DNA of 64,000 nt from Candidatus Thorarchaeota archaeon (GCA_003345545.1 PRDH01000044.1:64001-128000), one strand, 5' to 3'; positions 28,793 to 39,049 are shown, counted from the first letter of the stretch. Notes: generated by a model not told the origin, from the sequence alone. Program-made: numbers and translations.

Positions 28793-29221
28793 GTGGATCA
28801 TTTGAGTTTCTATCACGAGATTCTGGAGTTCCATACTCAGGGTGACTGTGACATGATAGACATCACTAAGGGAGTAGAGGATGTTGTCAAGAGAAGTGGA
28901 ATGACTTCAGGGATCTGCACTGTCTTCTGTGCAGGATCAACTGGTTCAATCACCACGATAGAATACGAGAGTGGCCTTCTTTCAGATTTTCCTGAAGCTA
29001 TGGAGAGAATTGCTCCAAGCAACGCTGAATACAAGCATGATCTCAGATGGAGAGATGGCAATGGCTATTCCCATGTGAGAGCATCAATTGTAGGACCTAG
29101 TCTCACGGTTCCATTTGTGAATAGACAACTGACGCTAGGAACTTGGCAGCAAGTAGTCTTTGTAGACTATGATAATCGACCACGGAATAGAACCGTTGAG
29201 GTGGTGATTATCGGAGGGTGA
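28793..29221 (+). CDS. YjbQ/UPF0047 family protein
   Basis: NGYSHVRAS, LGTWQQVVFVDYD. Confidence 0.9.
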   Translation: MDHLSFYHEILEFHTQGDCDMIDITKGVEDVVKRSGMTSGICTVFCAGSTGSITTIEYESGLLSDFPEAMERIAPSNAEYKHDLRWRDGNGYSHVRASIVGPSLTVPFVNRQLTLGTWQQVVFVDYDNRPRNRTVEVVIIGG

Positions 29222-29524
29222 CTAGGGAATCTCAAGATCAGATTTCAGGTCCCAGGACAGCTCGCGTAGGCTATGATTGACTGGTTCAGAGTCACGTATC
29301 TTGAGCGCCAAGTAGTGTATCCTCATAGCTCTTCGGAGGCGATGTATCTGAAATGGAGCATTCCAGGTTGCAGAGGGATTCCTGTACCCGTGCGTATCCA
29401 TCAGGTCTCGAATTGTTTCTAATTCCTTTTTGACCTGGAGCTTGATGTCATCAAGGTCCCGCTGAATTGTTAGTGCAGGTCTTTCTGTCATTATGGACAT
29501 CTCTACATCCTTTTCAGAAAGCAA
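29222..29524 (-). CDS. Hypothetical protein
   Basis: 100-aa ORF filling the gap, co-directional with the nob1 operon. Confidence 0.5.
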   Translation of the reverse strand: MLSEKDVEMSIMTERPALTIQRDLDDIKLQVKKELETIRDLMDTHGYRNPSATWNAPFQIHRLRRAMRIHYLALKIRDSEPVNHSLRELSWDLKSDLEIP

Positions 29525-29569
29525 GTACCAATTTCATATCATGTAAGACTTGGGTATTACCCACATTTC

Positions 29570-30091
29570 CTACTTTCTGCCCTTCTTGAACACTCTTCGG
29601 CGCATCGGAGTACCGCAGACAGGGCATTCAAGGCCAGCCTTAGACGCTACTGACCTGTGGCCACAGGCCGGGCAGATTGAAACCCATTTAATGTCATCCT
29701 TGAACTTCCCGCTGGGATCCACAGTCTCAATACCCATATGGCGAGCTGTGTTCAAAACTGCGAGATCTGTAGATACAAGCACAATACTGCTTCCATCTTG
29801 CCTCTTTGAATGTGCCAACGCAATCAATTCAATGTCGGTTTCCGAGAGAATAGAATCATCGCCAGTTTCAGTCGCCGCTCTTCTTGCAGCATTGATTGAA
29901 TCAGTCGGGGGCGCTTCTTCCCTAAGTCTATCGAGAACCTCCAGGAGGTCTGCTCGGAATTTGCTTGGTCGATTGCGAATCTCATCCACCACGTCGGTCG
30001 TCGTGGAAAACACACCCTCACCCACCCTTTTTGTCCAAGTGGAGAACAGCGCGCCTGCATCAACAACATAGGTACGTGGCATTCGGTTCAC
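29570..30091 (-). CDS. nob1: NOB1-family PIN endonuclease
   Basis: YVVDAGA, TGD...LSETDIELIALA, STD, CPACG...CPVCG zinc ribbon. Confidence 0.9.
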   Translation of the reverse strand: MNRMPRTYVVDAGALFSTWTKRVGEGVFSTTTDVVDEIRNRPSKFRADLLEVLDRLREEAPPTDSINAARRAATETGDDSILSETDIELIALAHSKRQDGSSIVLVSTDLAVLNTARHMGIETVDPSGKFKDDIKWVSICPACGHRSVASKAGLECPVCGTPMRRRVFKKGRK

Positions 30092-30973
30092 CTAGAGAGT
30101 CCTTGGAACAAGCCGTGTGTTCAGACGGTCGTAGTAGTTGTTATAGAGCCGGATGAAGCGTGTCACTTTCTCAGACTTCTTCAACCATACTCTCTCATTG
30201 GGTTCGATGTCCCATCGTGTCTGACCATCAATGACTGCAAGACCCGGAGCGCCGGGCTTCACTAATTCGAACTCCAATTTGGCGTAGTCAGGAATCACCA
30301 TGGATTTCAGTTCAAACCTCGGAGGACACACTGGAACGAAGACAAAGCCGTTCACGTCAGGTGTCAATATGGAACCTCCGGCTGCAAGTGCATAGGCGGT
30401 GGACCCACAGGGTGTCGCGAGCATCGCACCATCTGCCCTTCCATAGTCAACTTGCACGCCATCCAGAAGGATCTGTAGTGTCAGAAGTCTTCCAGGTAAT
30501 TTTGATACCACGTAGACCTCATTGAGAGCACTGGGAAAGACCCTCTCGCCAACGCCTGAACTTATGTTGAGGTTGGTTTCAATGATACAGTCGTTGGCAA
30601 GCACTCGCCCAAGAGAAGCCAATGCTGTGCTTGTTCCAATCTCTGTGAGAAATCCAACGGTCCCACGGTTGATACAAAAGAGTGGGGTTTCGCGATCCTT
30701 CAATTGAGACAATGTATAGAGAATCGTACCGTCTCCACCGATAGTGATGACAAAATCCGCATCTATCTCCTCTATGGGGGTTGGCTTCACTGTCATATCA
30801 GGAAGACTGAGAGATCCCGGGTCCACCTGAATCTCAATACCCTTGGAAAGAAGAAACTCAACTATGCGTTGCGCCAGAGGGGTTACCTCGGTGCGACCGG
30901 GCTTGCACACAAGTCCCACGGCTCGCTTCTCACTGAGTATCTGAGGGTTCTGTACGATCACTGATAGGCACAT
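30092..30973 (-). CDS. nadK: NAD kinase
   Basis: GGDGTIL, GTVGFL, ALNE, DG..ATPCGSTAYALAAGG. Confidence 0.93.
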   Translation of the reverse strand: MCLSVIVQNPQILSEKRAVGLVCKPGRTEVTPLAQRIVEFLLSKGIEIQVDPGSLSLPDMTVKPTPIEEIDADFVITIGGDGTILYTLSQLKDRETPLFCINRGTVGFLTEIGTSTALASLGRVLANDCIIETNLNISSGVGERVFPSALNEVYVVSKLPGRLLTLQILLDGVQVDYGRADGAMLATPCGSTAYALAAGGSILTPDVNGFVFVPVCPPRFELKSMVIPDYAKLEFELVKPGAPGLAVIDGQTRWDIEPNERVWLKKSEKVTRFIRLYNNYYDRLNTRLVPRTL

Positions 30974-31108
30974 CCAAGATTGGCTCTAGCGATAACCATT
31001 TTACTCTTACTACTGCTGATTCGTTGCACGGGAACACGCCCCCAAATATATATAGACGAATCGAAAGGTGTGTATCAGTGGTCTGCACGACACAGTTGGT
31101 GAATAAAG

Positions 31109-31510
31109 GTGGATATTAGAAAAGCTGAAGCAAAGAGCTTGAAGCCCGGAGCGTATATGGTAATTGATGACGAACCATGTAGAGTTGTGTCTATGGATAA
31201 GTCCAAGCCTGGGAAACATGGTGCCGCAAAGGCAAATATCATTGCAGTTGGTTTCTTTGATAACAGGAAACGCAATGTCATCATGCCTGCAGACCGTATG
31301 GTAGATGTTCCAGTCATAAACAAGAGAGTTGCCACGGTGATTGCTGATACAGGAGAGAACTATAGCCTGATGGATACTGAGTCCTTCGAGACCTATGACC
31401 TCCCCAAACCAACAGATCAGGATCTTCTCTCGCAGATAAGCCTCAATAGTGAAGTAGAAGTCTGGGAATTAATGAATCGACGTGTTATTACCAGAGTCAA
31501 GACAGCATAG
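31109..31510 (+). CDS. eif5a: Translation factor aIF5A
   Basis: SKPGKHGAAK hypusination motif; GTG start. Confidence 0.96.
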   Translation: MDIRKAEAKSLKPGAYMVIDDEPCRVVSMDKSKPGKHGAAKANIIAVGFFDNRKRNVIMPADRMVDVPVINKRVATVIADTGENYSLMDTESFETYDLPKPTDQDLLSQISLNSEVEVWELMNRRVITRVKTA

Positions 31511-31530
31511 TCCAGAAACGACACATTGGG

Positions 31531-31983
31531 ATGGTCGATATGGATTCAATGGATAGAGTTGATGACAAAGACCTGCAGATTATTGAGATTCTATCCAGCA
31601 ATGCAAGGATTTCACTGAGGGACATCAAGAAGAAGGTGAACCTGAGTCCAAGCTCGATTCGAAACAGGATGGAGCACCTTGTTGAGATTGGCATAATCAG
31701 GCGGTACACCGTGGATATTGACTACAGAAAGATGGGATTCGATATTCAGGTTCTTGTCCAGATAACAGCCAGACCAGGAACGTCAAGAGACCTCTACGCC
31801 CAATTGTCAAAGTACAAGCAGGTATCAGAAGTACTGAGGACCGCTGGTCCCGCGAACTTCATACTCAGAGTGCGTGTCAAGGACATAGCTGAACTTACCC
31901 GTTTCATTACTGGGGAGCTCGAGAGGCTTGAAGGTGTGCAACGCATAGAAACCATGTTCATCCTTCCCGATGACGAAGAATGA
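31531..31983 (+). CDS. Lrp/AsnC-family regulator
   Basis: DDKDLQII..L..NAR.S HTH plus C-terminal RAM domain. Confidence 0.92.
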   Translation: MVDMDSMDRVDDKDLQIIEILSSNARISLRDIKKKVNLSPSSIRNRMEHLVEIGIIRRYTVDIDYRKMGFDIQVLVQITARPGTSRDLYAQLSKYKQVSEVLRTAGPANFILRVRVKDIAELTRFITGELERLEGVQRIETMFILPDDEE

Positions 31984-32057
31984 TGCAAGACTCCCTATTA
32001 CCTAACTCTCTTTCCTACACCTATTGAGTCCGCCAACTCATACAGGAAGAAAGATAG

Positions 32058-32175
32058 TGGTGCGGAGGGCGAGATTTGTTCCGATTCAGAGTAGTCCTGA
32101 ATCGCTTGAACTCGCGTACTCCTACGAGATAGGGACCTGAACCCTACGCCTTTGACCAGGCTTGGCAACCTCCGC
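32058..32175 (-). tRNA. tRNA-Leu(CAG) with 30-nt T-loop intron (32076-32105, position 58/59); CCA encoded
   Basis: Acceptor GCGGAGG/CCTCCGC-A-CCA, anticodon arm TAGGG-TTCAGGT-CCCTA, long variable arm, T-stem GCGAG/CTCGC; BHB cleavage restores T-loop TTCAAAT. Confidence 0.93.
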
Positions 32176-32202
32176 TCAATCGCATTTTGACTTGTTCACA
32201 CA

Positions 32203-32215
32203 TTTAACCATATCG
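32203..32215 (-). promoter_or_regulatory. Putative BRE/TATA promoter of tRNA-Leu
   Basis: Minus strand CGATATGGTTAAAT about 27 nt upstream of the mature 5' end. Confidence 0.4.
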
Positions 32216-32322
32216 CAGTTTCAGGTCACTCCGCGATGCTCTCTAGTTCGCCGCCTCAACTCATGCCAGTCACTTTTGTCTGAACTGAAATTGACTTAAC
32301 ACAGTTCGTCTATGCTCATGAC

Positions 32323-33429
32323 ATGATTGTGGCGGTCTCTGACATTCATCTCGGTGACAAGGCATCGAATAGGGCAGGATTCATAGATTTCATCGAGAGA
32401 TACCTGAAACCGAACTCAGAGAAGATCACTGAACTATACCTGCTTGGAGACATACTCGACTTCTGGAGGAGGGATGCCTCAACAGTCATTTCTGACAATC
32501 TAGAGATCCTGAATTCCATTTGCTCATTGGGGTTTCATATCTTCTACATCGTTGGTAACCATGATCTAATAATGGGAGATGTCAGCAGCGGCCATCCAGG
32601 GAGAGAGACACTTGCCGAACTGACTCACTATCCTAATAGTATGACTATCTGCATGAGCCGCCACTCGAGTGATGGAAACAGGAACTTCTGTTTCACTCAC
32701 GGCCATCAGTTCGACTATTGGTATGCACTCCCATTTTATCAGGCGTTCTGCAGAGCGATGTGCCATGCTGATAAGACTTGGAAATCGGCAGTGAAAACCT
32801 GGGATTTGGTAGTATCATTCCTGAAAGGCGAGTCAGCTATTGCATCAACTAATGCCTCCCAATTGCCAATTGGTACTCGAAGCAAAATCGAACGCAGACT
32901 TGCGGGGCCCTTAGAAGGAAATTCAATGAGTAAGGATGAGTCTGCCGTAGCTGAACTGGACTTGCTTCGTCAATTCATTGACATAGGGTATCTATGCTCA
33001 GCCGCTTCACATACCCACTACTTTGAGGCAGCCAGAAAAGAGGCTACGAAGCTGGCAAGAATGCGCGGAAGCGGGCTCTCGGACATCGAGAGTGTACGAG
33101 ATCTAAATCGACTAGTATCCAATGGTACACCCGAAGAACTTCTCAACCATTTCCTTACGGTCTGGTCTGATGTACATCGATGGGCAATTGGGTTCAGGGA
33201 AGGGGGCTCGATACACACAGAGCAAGTTTTGCACCGTCTTAGACGCATAACTGCCACGTTGACGTCTGGTCTTTCGCCTGATGAATTCTTGATGAGCGGT
33301 CATGAACATCTAGGATTTGTTGACAGGTCCAATAGTGTGGCTGACTCAGGATGCTGGCTAGGAAAGCAAGGATCATTCATCACTATCAATGAGGGTGCAG
33401 TCAGCCTCTCGAGATGGCCGAAAGTCTAA
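32323..33429 (+). CDS. Calcineurin-like metallophosphoesterase (LpxH-like)
   Basis: SDIHLG, LLGDILD, GNHD, THGH, SGHEH, DSGCW. Confidence 0.85.
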   Translation: MIVAVSDIHLGDKASNRAGFIDFIERYLKPNSEKITELYLLGDILDFWRRDASTVISDNLEILNSICSLGFHIFYIVGNHDLIMGDVSSGHPGRETLAELTHYPNSMTICMSRHSSDGNRNFCFTHGHQFDYWYALPFYQAFCRAMCHADKTWKSAVKTWDLVVSFLKGESAIASTNASQLPIGTRSKIERRLAGPLEGNSMSKDESAVAELDLLRQFIDIGYLCSAASHTHYFEAARKEATKLARMRGSGLSDIESVRDLNRLVSNGTPEELLNHFLTVWSDVHRWAIGFREGGSIHTEQVLHRLRRITATLTSGLSPDEFLMSGHEHLGFVDRSNSVADSGCWLGKQGSFITINEGAVSLSRWPKV

Positions 33430-33646
33430 GGGTTCAGCAGAGTGACAACATGCTCGTCGTACAGAAGGCAGCCATAGCCAAGAATGCACTGCACCTCGTC
33501 ATTTTGCAGCTGAATTGATTCTGATTCGTGAGATCTCTCCCTCCCATCATCGACTGCTTGGCAATAATATACTCAAAGTCCTTATTAGCGAGAGATTGCT
33601 CTGTATATCCTTCACAACGGGTGTTGTGATTTGGAGGAAAGAATAC

Positions 33647-34006
33647 ATGTCTAGTAAACCGACTGGAATTGTTATTCTAGCTATACTACAGCTGATTCAA
33701 GCTCTTGCGGCTCTAGCAATAGGTGTCCTTGCACTAATGGCAGGTGCACTATTGCTCCCAATATTCGGGTTGCTATTAGCGTTCTTCCCATTGCTCCTCG
33801 GAATCATAGGTCTGATCCTATTCTATGGGTTATGGACCTTGAAGGGTTGGGCGTGGTTATGGACTCTAATCATTAACCTACTGAGTATCATCGTGGGTGT
33901 ATTTGGTAATCTGGCAGACCTGATGAACCTACTTTCACTCGCAATTAGCATCATAATTGTGATTTACCTGTTCACGCCAGGTGTAAGAGCAGCATTCAAG
34001 AAGTAG
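33647..34006 (+). CDS. Small 4-TM membrane protein
   Basis: KPTGIVILAIL...YGLWTLKGWAW...YLFTPGVRAAF; GGAGG upstream of ATG. Confidence 0.8.
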   Translation: MSSKPTGIVILAILQLIQALAALAIGVLALMAGALLLPIFGLLLAFFPLLLGIIGLILFYGLWTLKGWAWLWTLIINLLSIIVGVFGNLADLMNLLSLAISIIIVIYLFTPGVRAAFKK

Positions 34007-34027
34007 TGTTTTCCTGATGAAACAAGC

Positions 34028-34073
34028 GAAGTTCTGGAAAACGATCATCCAGGACTTCCTGTTCTTTTTTTTT
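34028..34073 (+). terminator. Hairpin plus T-tract terminator
   Basis: 11-bp stem GAAGTTCTGGA/TCCAGGACTTC (one G-U) followed by T9, about 20 nt after the stop. Confidence 0.6.
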
Positions 34074-34155
34074 CCCACTGCAACGGGCATCTTACTAGGG
34101 CGTGCTGTATCAAGCTGCTATCTTTCTTGAGTCACCTGCTGGCGGATAGCTATGA

Positions 34156-34413
34156 ATGTCATCATACGCAGACCAAGCATGGTCGATGTCTATGTCTGCT
34201 GACAATCAGGACTATGCGGGGGATATTGGTACCGGAGGTTGTTTCATTATAGTCAGCTTCAGCTTGGCAATGGCTGCAGCTCTATACCTAGCGGCAGGAA
34301 CCTTCTACAATTTCGTTGTGTTTCTGGTCATCGCCGCATTGGTGGGGTTTCTTGGATTCTTTGGTGCCTATAAAGCTCTCATGAAACAATCAAGAAGAAG
34401 TGAAACTAACTGA
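34156..34413 (+). CDS. Small 2-TM hypothetical protein
   Basis: Two hydrophobic helices, basic tail. Confidence 0.55.
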   Translation: MSSYADQAWSMSMSADNQDYAGDIGTGGCFIIVSFSLAMAAALYLAAGTFYNFVVFLVIAALVGFLGFFGAYKALMKQSRRSETN

Positions 34414-34590
34414 AGTTTCGAATACTAACGTCGAAAAGGGCGACAAGAAGAGATATCGCAGAGGACATGACATCATCCATCTGACGGCATGTTTTGCCTC
34501 TAGTCTGGAGAATGCTGTAACATGTGTCACCAGAGATGGGCACAAAACTCTTTTCTCACCCGTGACGCACAAGTTGTTGGTGAGATATCC

Positions 34591-36261
34591 TTGAAGATTG
34601 CCATGGCACAGATGAATCCCACTGTCGGCGACATAGATGCTAACGTCAGGAAGATTAGAGCCTTCATTCAGAGGGCCAGAGAAGGCGGTGCCAAGCTTGT
34701 GGCATTCCCAGAGCTTGCGGTGACAGGATATCCGCCTCATGACTTATTGTACGAGAAGGAGTTCGTGAAGGCAGACAAGTCAGCTATTGGTACTATTGCG
34801 AAATCATGTCGTGGGTTGACCGTGGTCGTTGGATTCGTCGACTATGACGAAGACTGGAAGCTGTACAATTGCGCCGCTGTTATCTCGAATGGCAAAATTG
34901 TTGGAACAGTCAAGAAGACATTGCTGCCGACATACGATGTGTTTGACGAAGAAAGGTATTTCGAACCGGGAAAAGCAAGCGAGATTATACCTCTGAATGT
35001 CACTATTGCTGGAAAGAAAGTGAATCTTGGTATCGAAATCTGTGAAGACCTTTGGGATGAGGAGTACGAAACAAAAGTGACAGACCTGCTCACAAAGCGA
35101 GGTGCAACACTCATCATCAACATCTCATCTTCCCCATTTCACATAGGTAAGGGATTCCTGAGAGAGCAAGTCGTAAGAACCAAGGCCGTCAGAAACAAGA
35201 TCCCGATACTGCTATGCAATCTGGTTGGGGGGCAGGATGAACTAGTATTCGATGGCCAAAGTCTTGGCGTTGATGCTGAAGGTAAACTCATGGCCTTTGG
35301 CGAGGCGTTTAAAGAAGATCTCGTCTTTGTTGACCTGAATATCAGTAATGGAACAAGCAGGGAAATCGCTCCACCGTCATACAATCGCCAGAGAGAGATG
35401 TTCGATGCGCTCTCCCTTGGCATCCATGACTACTTCATGAAGACAGGCTTCAAGCGTGCAGTGCTCGGCCTAAGCGGTGGGATAGATTCCGCAGTGACTG
35501 CGTGTATAGCAGTCGAAGCGCTCGGTCCAGAAAACGTAATCGGAGTGTCAATGCCCTCCCGCTTCTCAAGTCGCCACAGCAAAGATGATGCTGAGCGGCT
35601 TGCGCACAATCTGGGAATTCACTTCGTGAGATTCCCGATACAAAGGATTGTGAATGCATACCATAGTGCTCTGAAGCAACCTCTTGAAGAGATCCGTGAA
35701 CTCTTTGGATTGGACCCGGCCAATGATGATCCCGTGGCAGATGAGAATATACAGCCGAGAGTCAGAGGCAACTCGCTCATGGACTTTTCCAACCGATTGA
35801 GAGACCTTAGTATTCTTGTCCTAAACACTGGAAACAAGACTGAACTGGCACTTGGATACTGCACACTCTATGGGGATATGGCAGGCGGGATTGGAGCATT
35901 GGGAGACGTCAGCAAGCTGCAAGTCTATGAACTTGCAGAATATGTGAACTCAAGAGCAGACAAGAAGATCATACCAGAGAGTACTATCAAGAAGAGACCT
36001 TCAGCGGAGCTGCGGCCGGATCACTTCGATCCATTTGATTTTGATATTGTTAGCCCGATGGTCGATGAGATTATCGAATACAGATTGAGTAGGAAAGAAC
36101 TGATTGCGAAGGGCTACCCTGCTGACGTCATCGATGATGTTTACACAAGAATTCGGAGCTCTGAGTACAAACGTTGGCAAGCACCGCCCTGTATTAGAAT
36201 ATCGCAGAAGGCTTTCGGTATGGGCTGGAAAATGCCGATTGTGAATCATTATGATGGATAA
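34591..36261 (+). CDS. nadE: Glutamine-dependent NAD+ synthetase
   Basis: Nitrilase domain (FPEL, K..LPTY..FDE.RYF, ICEDLW) plus synthetase (LGLSGGIDS, ENIQPR, TGNKTE, PSAEL); TTG start. Confidence 0.95.
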   Translation: MKIAMAQMNPTVGDIDANVRKIRAFIQRAREGGAKLVAFPELAVTGYPPHDLLYEKEFVKADKSAIGTIAKSCRGLTVVVGFVDYDEDWKLYNCAAVISNGKIVGTVKKTLLPTYDVFDEERYFEPGKASEIIPLNVTIAGKKVNLGIEICEDLWDEEYETKVTDLLTKRGATLIINISSSPFHIGKGFLREQVVRTKAVRNKIPILLCNLVGGQDELVFDGQSLGVDAEGKLMAFGEAFKEDLVFVDLNISNGTSREIAPPSYNRQREMFDALSLGIHDYFMKTGFKRAVLGLSGGIDSAVTACIAVEALGPENVIGVSMPSRFSSRHSKDDAERLAHNLGIHFVRFPIQRIVNAYHSALKQPLEEIRELFGLDPANDDPVADENIQPRVRGNSLMDFSNRLRDLSILVLNTGNKTELALGYCTLYGDMAGGIGALGDVSKLQVYELAEYVNSRADKKIIPESTIKKRPSAELRPDHFDPFDFDIVSPMVDEIIEYRLSRKELIAKGYPADVIDDVYTRIRSSEYKRWQAPPCIRISQKAFGMGWKMPIVNHYDG

Positions 36262-36283
36262 CAAGTCTTGGCAATAATCACGT

Positions 36284-36721
36284 TCAGACGAGAATTGTAA
36301 CAACAGGACAGTCAACATTGCGAATCACAGACTCAGTGACGCTCTTAGAGAAACTGCCAAGAATGCCTCGTTTCTTTCGTCGTTTCATCATGAAGACCAA
36401 GGAATATTCCGAGGAGCTTGCTTCCTCAGCTATAGCGTCTGGAACTCGTCGCGCCGTGACTATTTTAGTAGTCGCCACATAGCCCTGGTTGTTAAGCCAG
36501 TCCCGAAGTGGATTGAGCATATCTTCAGCCTTCTTGAATACGTCGCCCATCCCATCAGTATCTAATGGTGTAGAGATCGGGGTTTCGATGACATGAAGTA
36601 ACATCATACGGTTTGTGTGGAATGGTAGCAAGAGAAGCATTGCAGCAGTCATATCAGAGTATTCTAGCTTGCCAGAGATGGGTATCAGGACGCAGGCATC
36701 ATCGTCGCTCAAATGATTCAA
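36284..36721 (-). CDS. Universal stress protein
   Basis: VLIPI, LLHVIE, SVTESVIRNVDCPVVTI. Confidence 0.85.
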   Translation of the reverse strand: MNHLSDDDACVLIPISGKLEYSDMTAAMLLLLPFHTNRMMLLHVIETPISTPLDTDGMGDVFKKAEDMLNPLRDWLNNQGYVATTKIVTARRVPDAIAEEASSSEYSLVFMMKRRKKRGILGSFSKSVTESVIRNVDCPVVTILV

Positions 36722-36728
36722 CCTCCTA

Positions 36729-36995
36729 CTAATCTACACTCTTTCCATCTTTCTTGTGGGTATACATTATGACGCTGGACACTGTTGTTTTTATTCCATC
36801 AATCCTTAATATATCATTCTTGAGCATGTTTCTAAAGCCTATCACATCATCTGCACTGACTACTGCAACTAAATCGGATTCTCCTGTGACTTCATACACA
36901 TCCGTGACTTCGGGCAACGACGCCAAAGCCTTGGAGACATCGTCTAGGTCTTTCGATTCAACCGTTATGTTTAGTATCACGCTGATTTTTGACAT
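36729..36995 (-). CDS. Stand-alone Lrp/AsnC ligand-binding (RAM) domain protein
   Basis: LPEVTDVYEVTGESDLV...ILRIDGIKTTVSS; no HTH. Confidence 0.85.
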   Translation of the reverse strand: MSKISVILNITVESKDLDDVSKALASLPEVTDVYEVTGESDLVAVVSADDVIGFRNMLKNDILRIDGIKTTVSSVIMYTHKKDGKSVD

Positions 36996-38917
36996 TATCT
37001 GCGCACCACCATGAGTTTCCCGGGGGCGATGGTCGATATGAGGGAAACCATGTCATCATAGCCCTCACGCTTGCCCTTCTTAAAGGCCTTTCCCCGGACA
37101 ACTATCACAAAGTCATACTGATCAGATATGGCAGCCTCGGTCACTATCTTTTTCGGAGATCCAACATGTACTACTTCCTTGGTCTCAAATCCAGAGGATT
37201 TGAGTTCTGCGGAGATGCTTCTCAGATCGGAGCTGGCGAGTGTTTTGTATTCACTTGCCATTGCGAGCGGCAGCTTCCATTTGTCAGTCGAGATGATGCT
37301 CATGAGAGTGAAACGAAATCTGGTATCAAAACTGCTCTGCAATGAGTCCACGATTGTCTCCTTCTCTTCAGGTCGAATGAGAACGAGTGCATTCATCTTG
37401 TATGTCATGGCCTTGATGCTAGAGCCGATATCTCGACTGAAGAGTGGCTTCCCAATTCTGCGCCGATATAGAACATATATCAGAATGCCGATTCCAGTCC
37501 AACTGAGTCCCAAGAGACGCCCCATTGGATGAAAGATAATGACCAAAAGCCAAATGGATGAACATGCTATGATGCCAACAAGACTGGGAATTGGAATCTC
37601 GTATATCTTTTCATTGATGTTTAACCTGATGGCCAGTGGCACCTCCCAGGAGCGATGTGCCTCCGTATCTGTCTGCCGCAAGACTATCAGAGAGACATTG
37701 ACCATCAGGTAAGAGAGAAGAGCTCCAAAGTTGTAGAGATCGGCTACCCAGTCAAGTTGACCAATGAGTGCCATCACCGCGCCGATAGAGCCAAACACAA
37801 CAATGGTCCTGATGGGAGTTCTGGTCCTAGAATTGACCTTTGAGAACCATTTCGGCAACAGACCAAAGTTGCCCATTGAAAACACAACTCTCGAAACACC
37901 AATGACTCCCGTATTCGAAGATACAAGGCAAATCGCAAAACCCGTGAAGGCGACAATAGGAAGCAACGTAGTGCCTATCCCAGCAATGGATTGCACAAGT
38001 GCAGAAACCGGATCTTCAAGGTTTGCACCAAGTGTAGCCCAAGAGATCATTCCAAGACTTATGGCAGATAGCCCAACGGCAAACAGAAGAACAGATACAA
38101 TGGACATCTTGGCGGCACGCGGTATGGTTCTGTCAGGTCTCTTTGTTTCTTCTGCAGCCTGAGCAATTGATTCGATACCAATGAAGGAACTCATAGCGAG
38201 AGTCACTGCATAGAGGAAATTCTGATCACCGTAATTGGTGCTCCAGATATAGGCGATATGCCCAAATGGATCAGGAGCGCCCCTAATTGAGATCTGCACA
38301 CCAAATAGATCCAGATTGAAGGCAAGCAGCATCCCCAGAACCATAATCGATGAGAGCACTACGATATTCAATGCAACCATTGTCATATTGAGCGTGGATG
38401 CTTCCTTTATGCCCGCTATGTTGATCCCGATGAGGACAAGCACAATGGCAAAGGCGACAAGACCTATGGCATTCACAGCCACTTGTAGGCCCAAGATTGT
38501 GAAGGTAAATGTAGTCAAGGCGAGCACGGGAAAGAAGAAAGTGAGATAGCCAGTTGTGGCGATAGCAAAGAGCGCTGTGCACACCGTATAGTCCAGCATC
38601 ACCAACCACCCTGCAAGAAAGCCTGCAAAGTCATTGAATGCCTTCATGGCATAGACATGTGCACCGCCTGCGTAGGGATAGGCGGTTGCTAGTTCAGCAT
38701 AGGCTAAGCCTGTGGCTATGTACGTTACAGATGCGATGATGAAGGCCACAGGAGCCCATCCAGCAGCATAGGCAGCAACTAGACCCAGTGCAACATAGAT
38801 GTCAGCACCTACATCCGCATATCCCATTGCAAAGGACCCGAACCAACCGATATCCCTCTTGAGAGAGACCTTAGTCGGCTTGCTCTCGGTTCCTTCAACA
38901 GAGGTCAAGAACAGCAA
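36995..38917 (-). CDS. APC-family amino acid permease with C-terminal USP-like domain
   Basis: LKRDIG, ADVGADIY, YAELATAYPYAGG, GIESIAQAAEE; soluble USP-like tail. Confidence 0.9.
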   Translation of the reverse strand: MLFLTSVEGTESKPTKVSLKRDIGWFGSFAMGYADVGADIYVALGLVAAYAAGWAPVAFIIASVTYIATGLAYAELATAYPYAGGAHVYAMKAFNDFAGFLAGWLVMLDYTVCTALFAIATTGYLTFFFPVLALTTFTFTILGLQVAVNAIGLVAFAIVLVLIGINIAGIKEASTLNMTMVALNIVVLSSIMVLGMLLAFNLDLFGVQISIRGAPDPFGHIAYIWSTNYGDQNFLYAVTLAMSSFIGIESIAQAAEETKRPDRTIPRAAKMSIVSVLLFAVGLSAISLGMISWATLGANLEDPVSALVQSIAGIGTTLLPIVAFTGFAICLVSSNTGVIGVSRVVFSMGNFGLLPKWFSKVNSRTRTPIRTIVVFGSIGAVMALIGQLDWVADLYNFGALLSYLMVNVSLIVLRQTDTEAHRSWEVPLAIRLNINEKIYEIPIPSLVGIIACSSIWLLVIIFHPMGRLLGLSWTGIGILIYVLYRRRIGKPLFSRDIGSSIKAMTYKMNALVLIRPEEKETIVDSLQSSFDTRFRFTLMSIISTDKWKLPLAMASEYKTLASSDLRSISAELKSSGFETKEVVHVGSPKKIVTEAAISDQYDFVIVVRGKAFKKGKREGYDDMVSLISTIAPGKLMVVRR

Positions 38918-39049
38918 CTCCAGTGCCGAAATAATAGTGCAGTCGCTGAGATTCCTGTTTATGTACTTACTGCTGTGAGTGTGACAATCGAATCAGCACA
39001 ACTTCTGACAAGACAGGATCTGGCGAGGTTCAAAGTGCAAGGAAGAGAG

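Noticed and set aside
29550-30071. 173-aa antisense ORF over nob1, and the many other antisense or nested ORFs in the track
   Set aside because: Shadow frames of well-supported genes, with no recognisable motifs
32176-39049. Possible integrated element between the two tRNA genes
   Set aside because: No integrase, no duplicated tRNA 3' end, and the content is housekeeping (nadE, permease)
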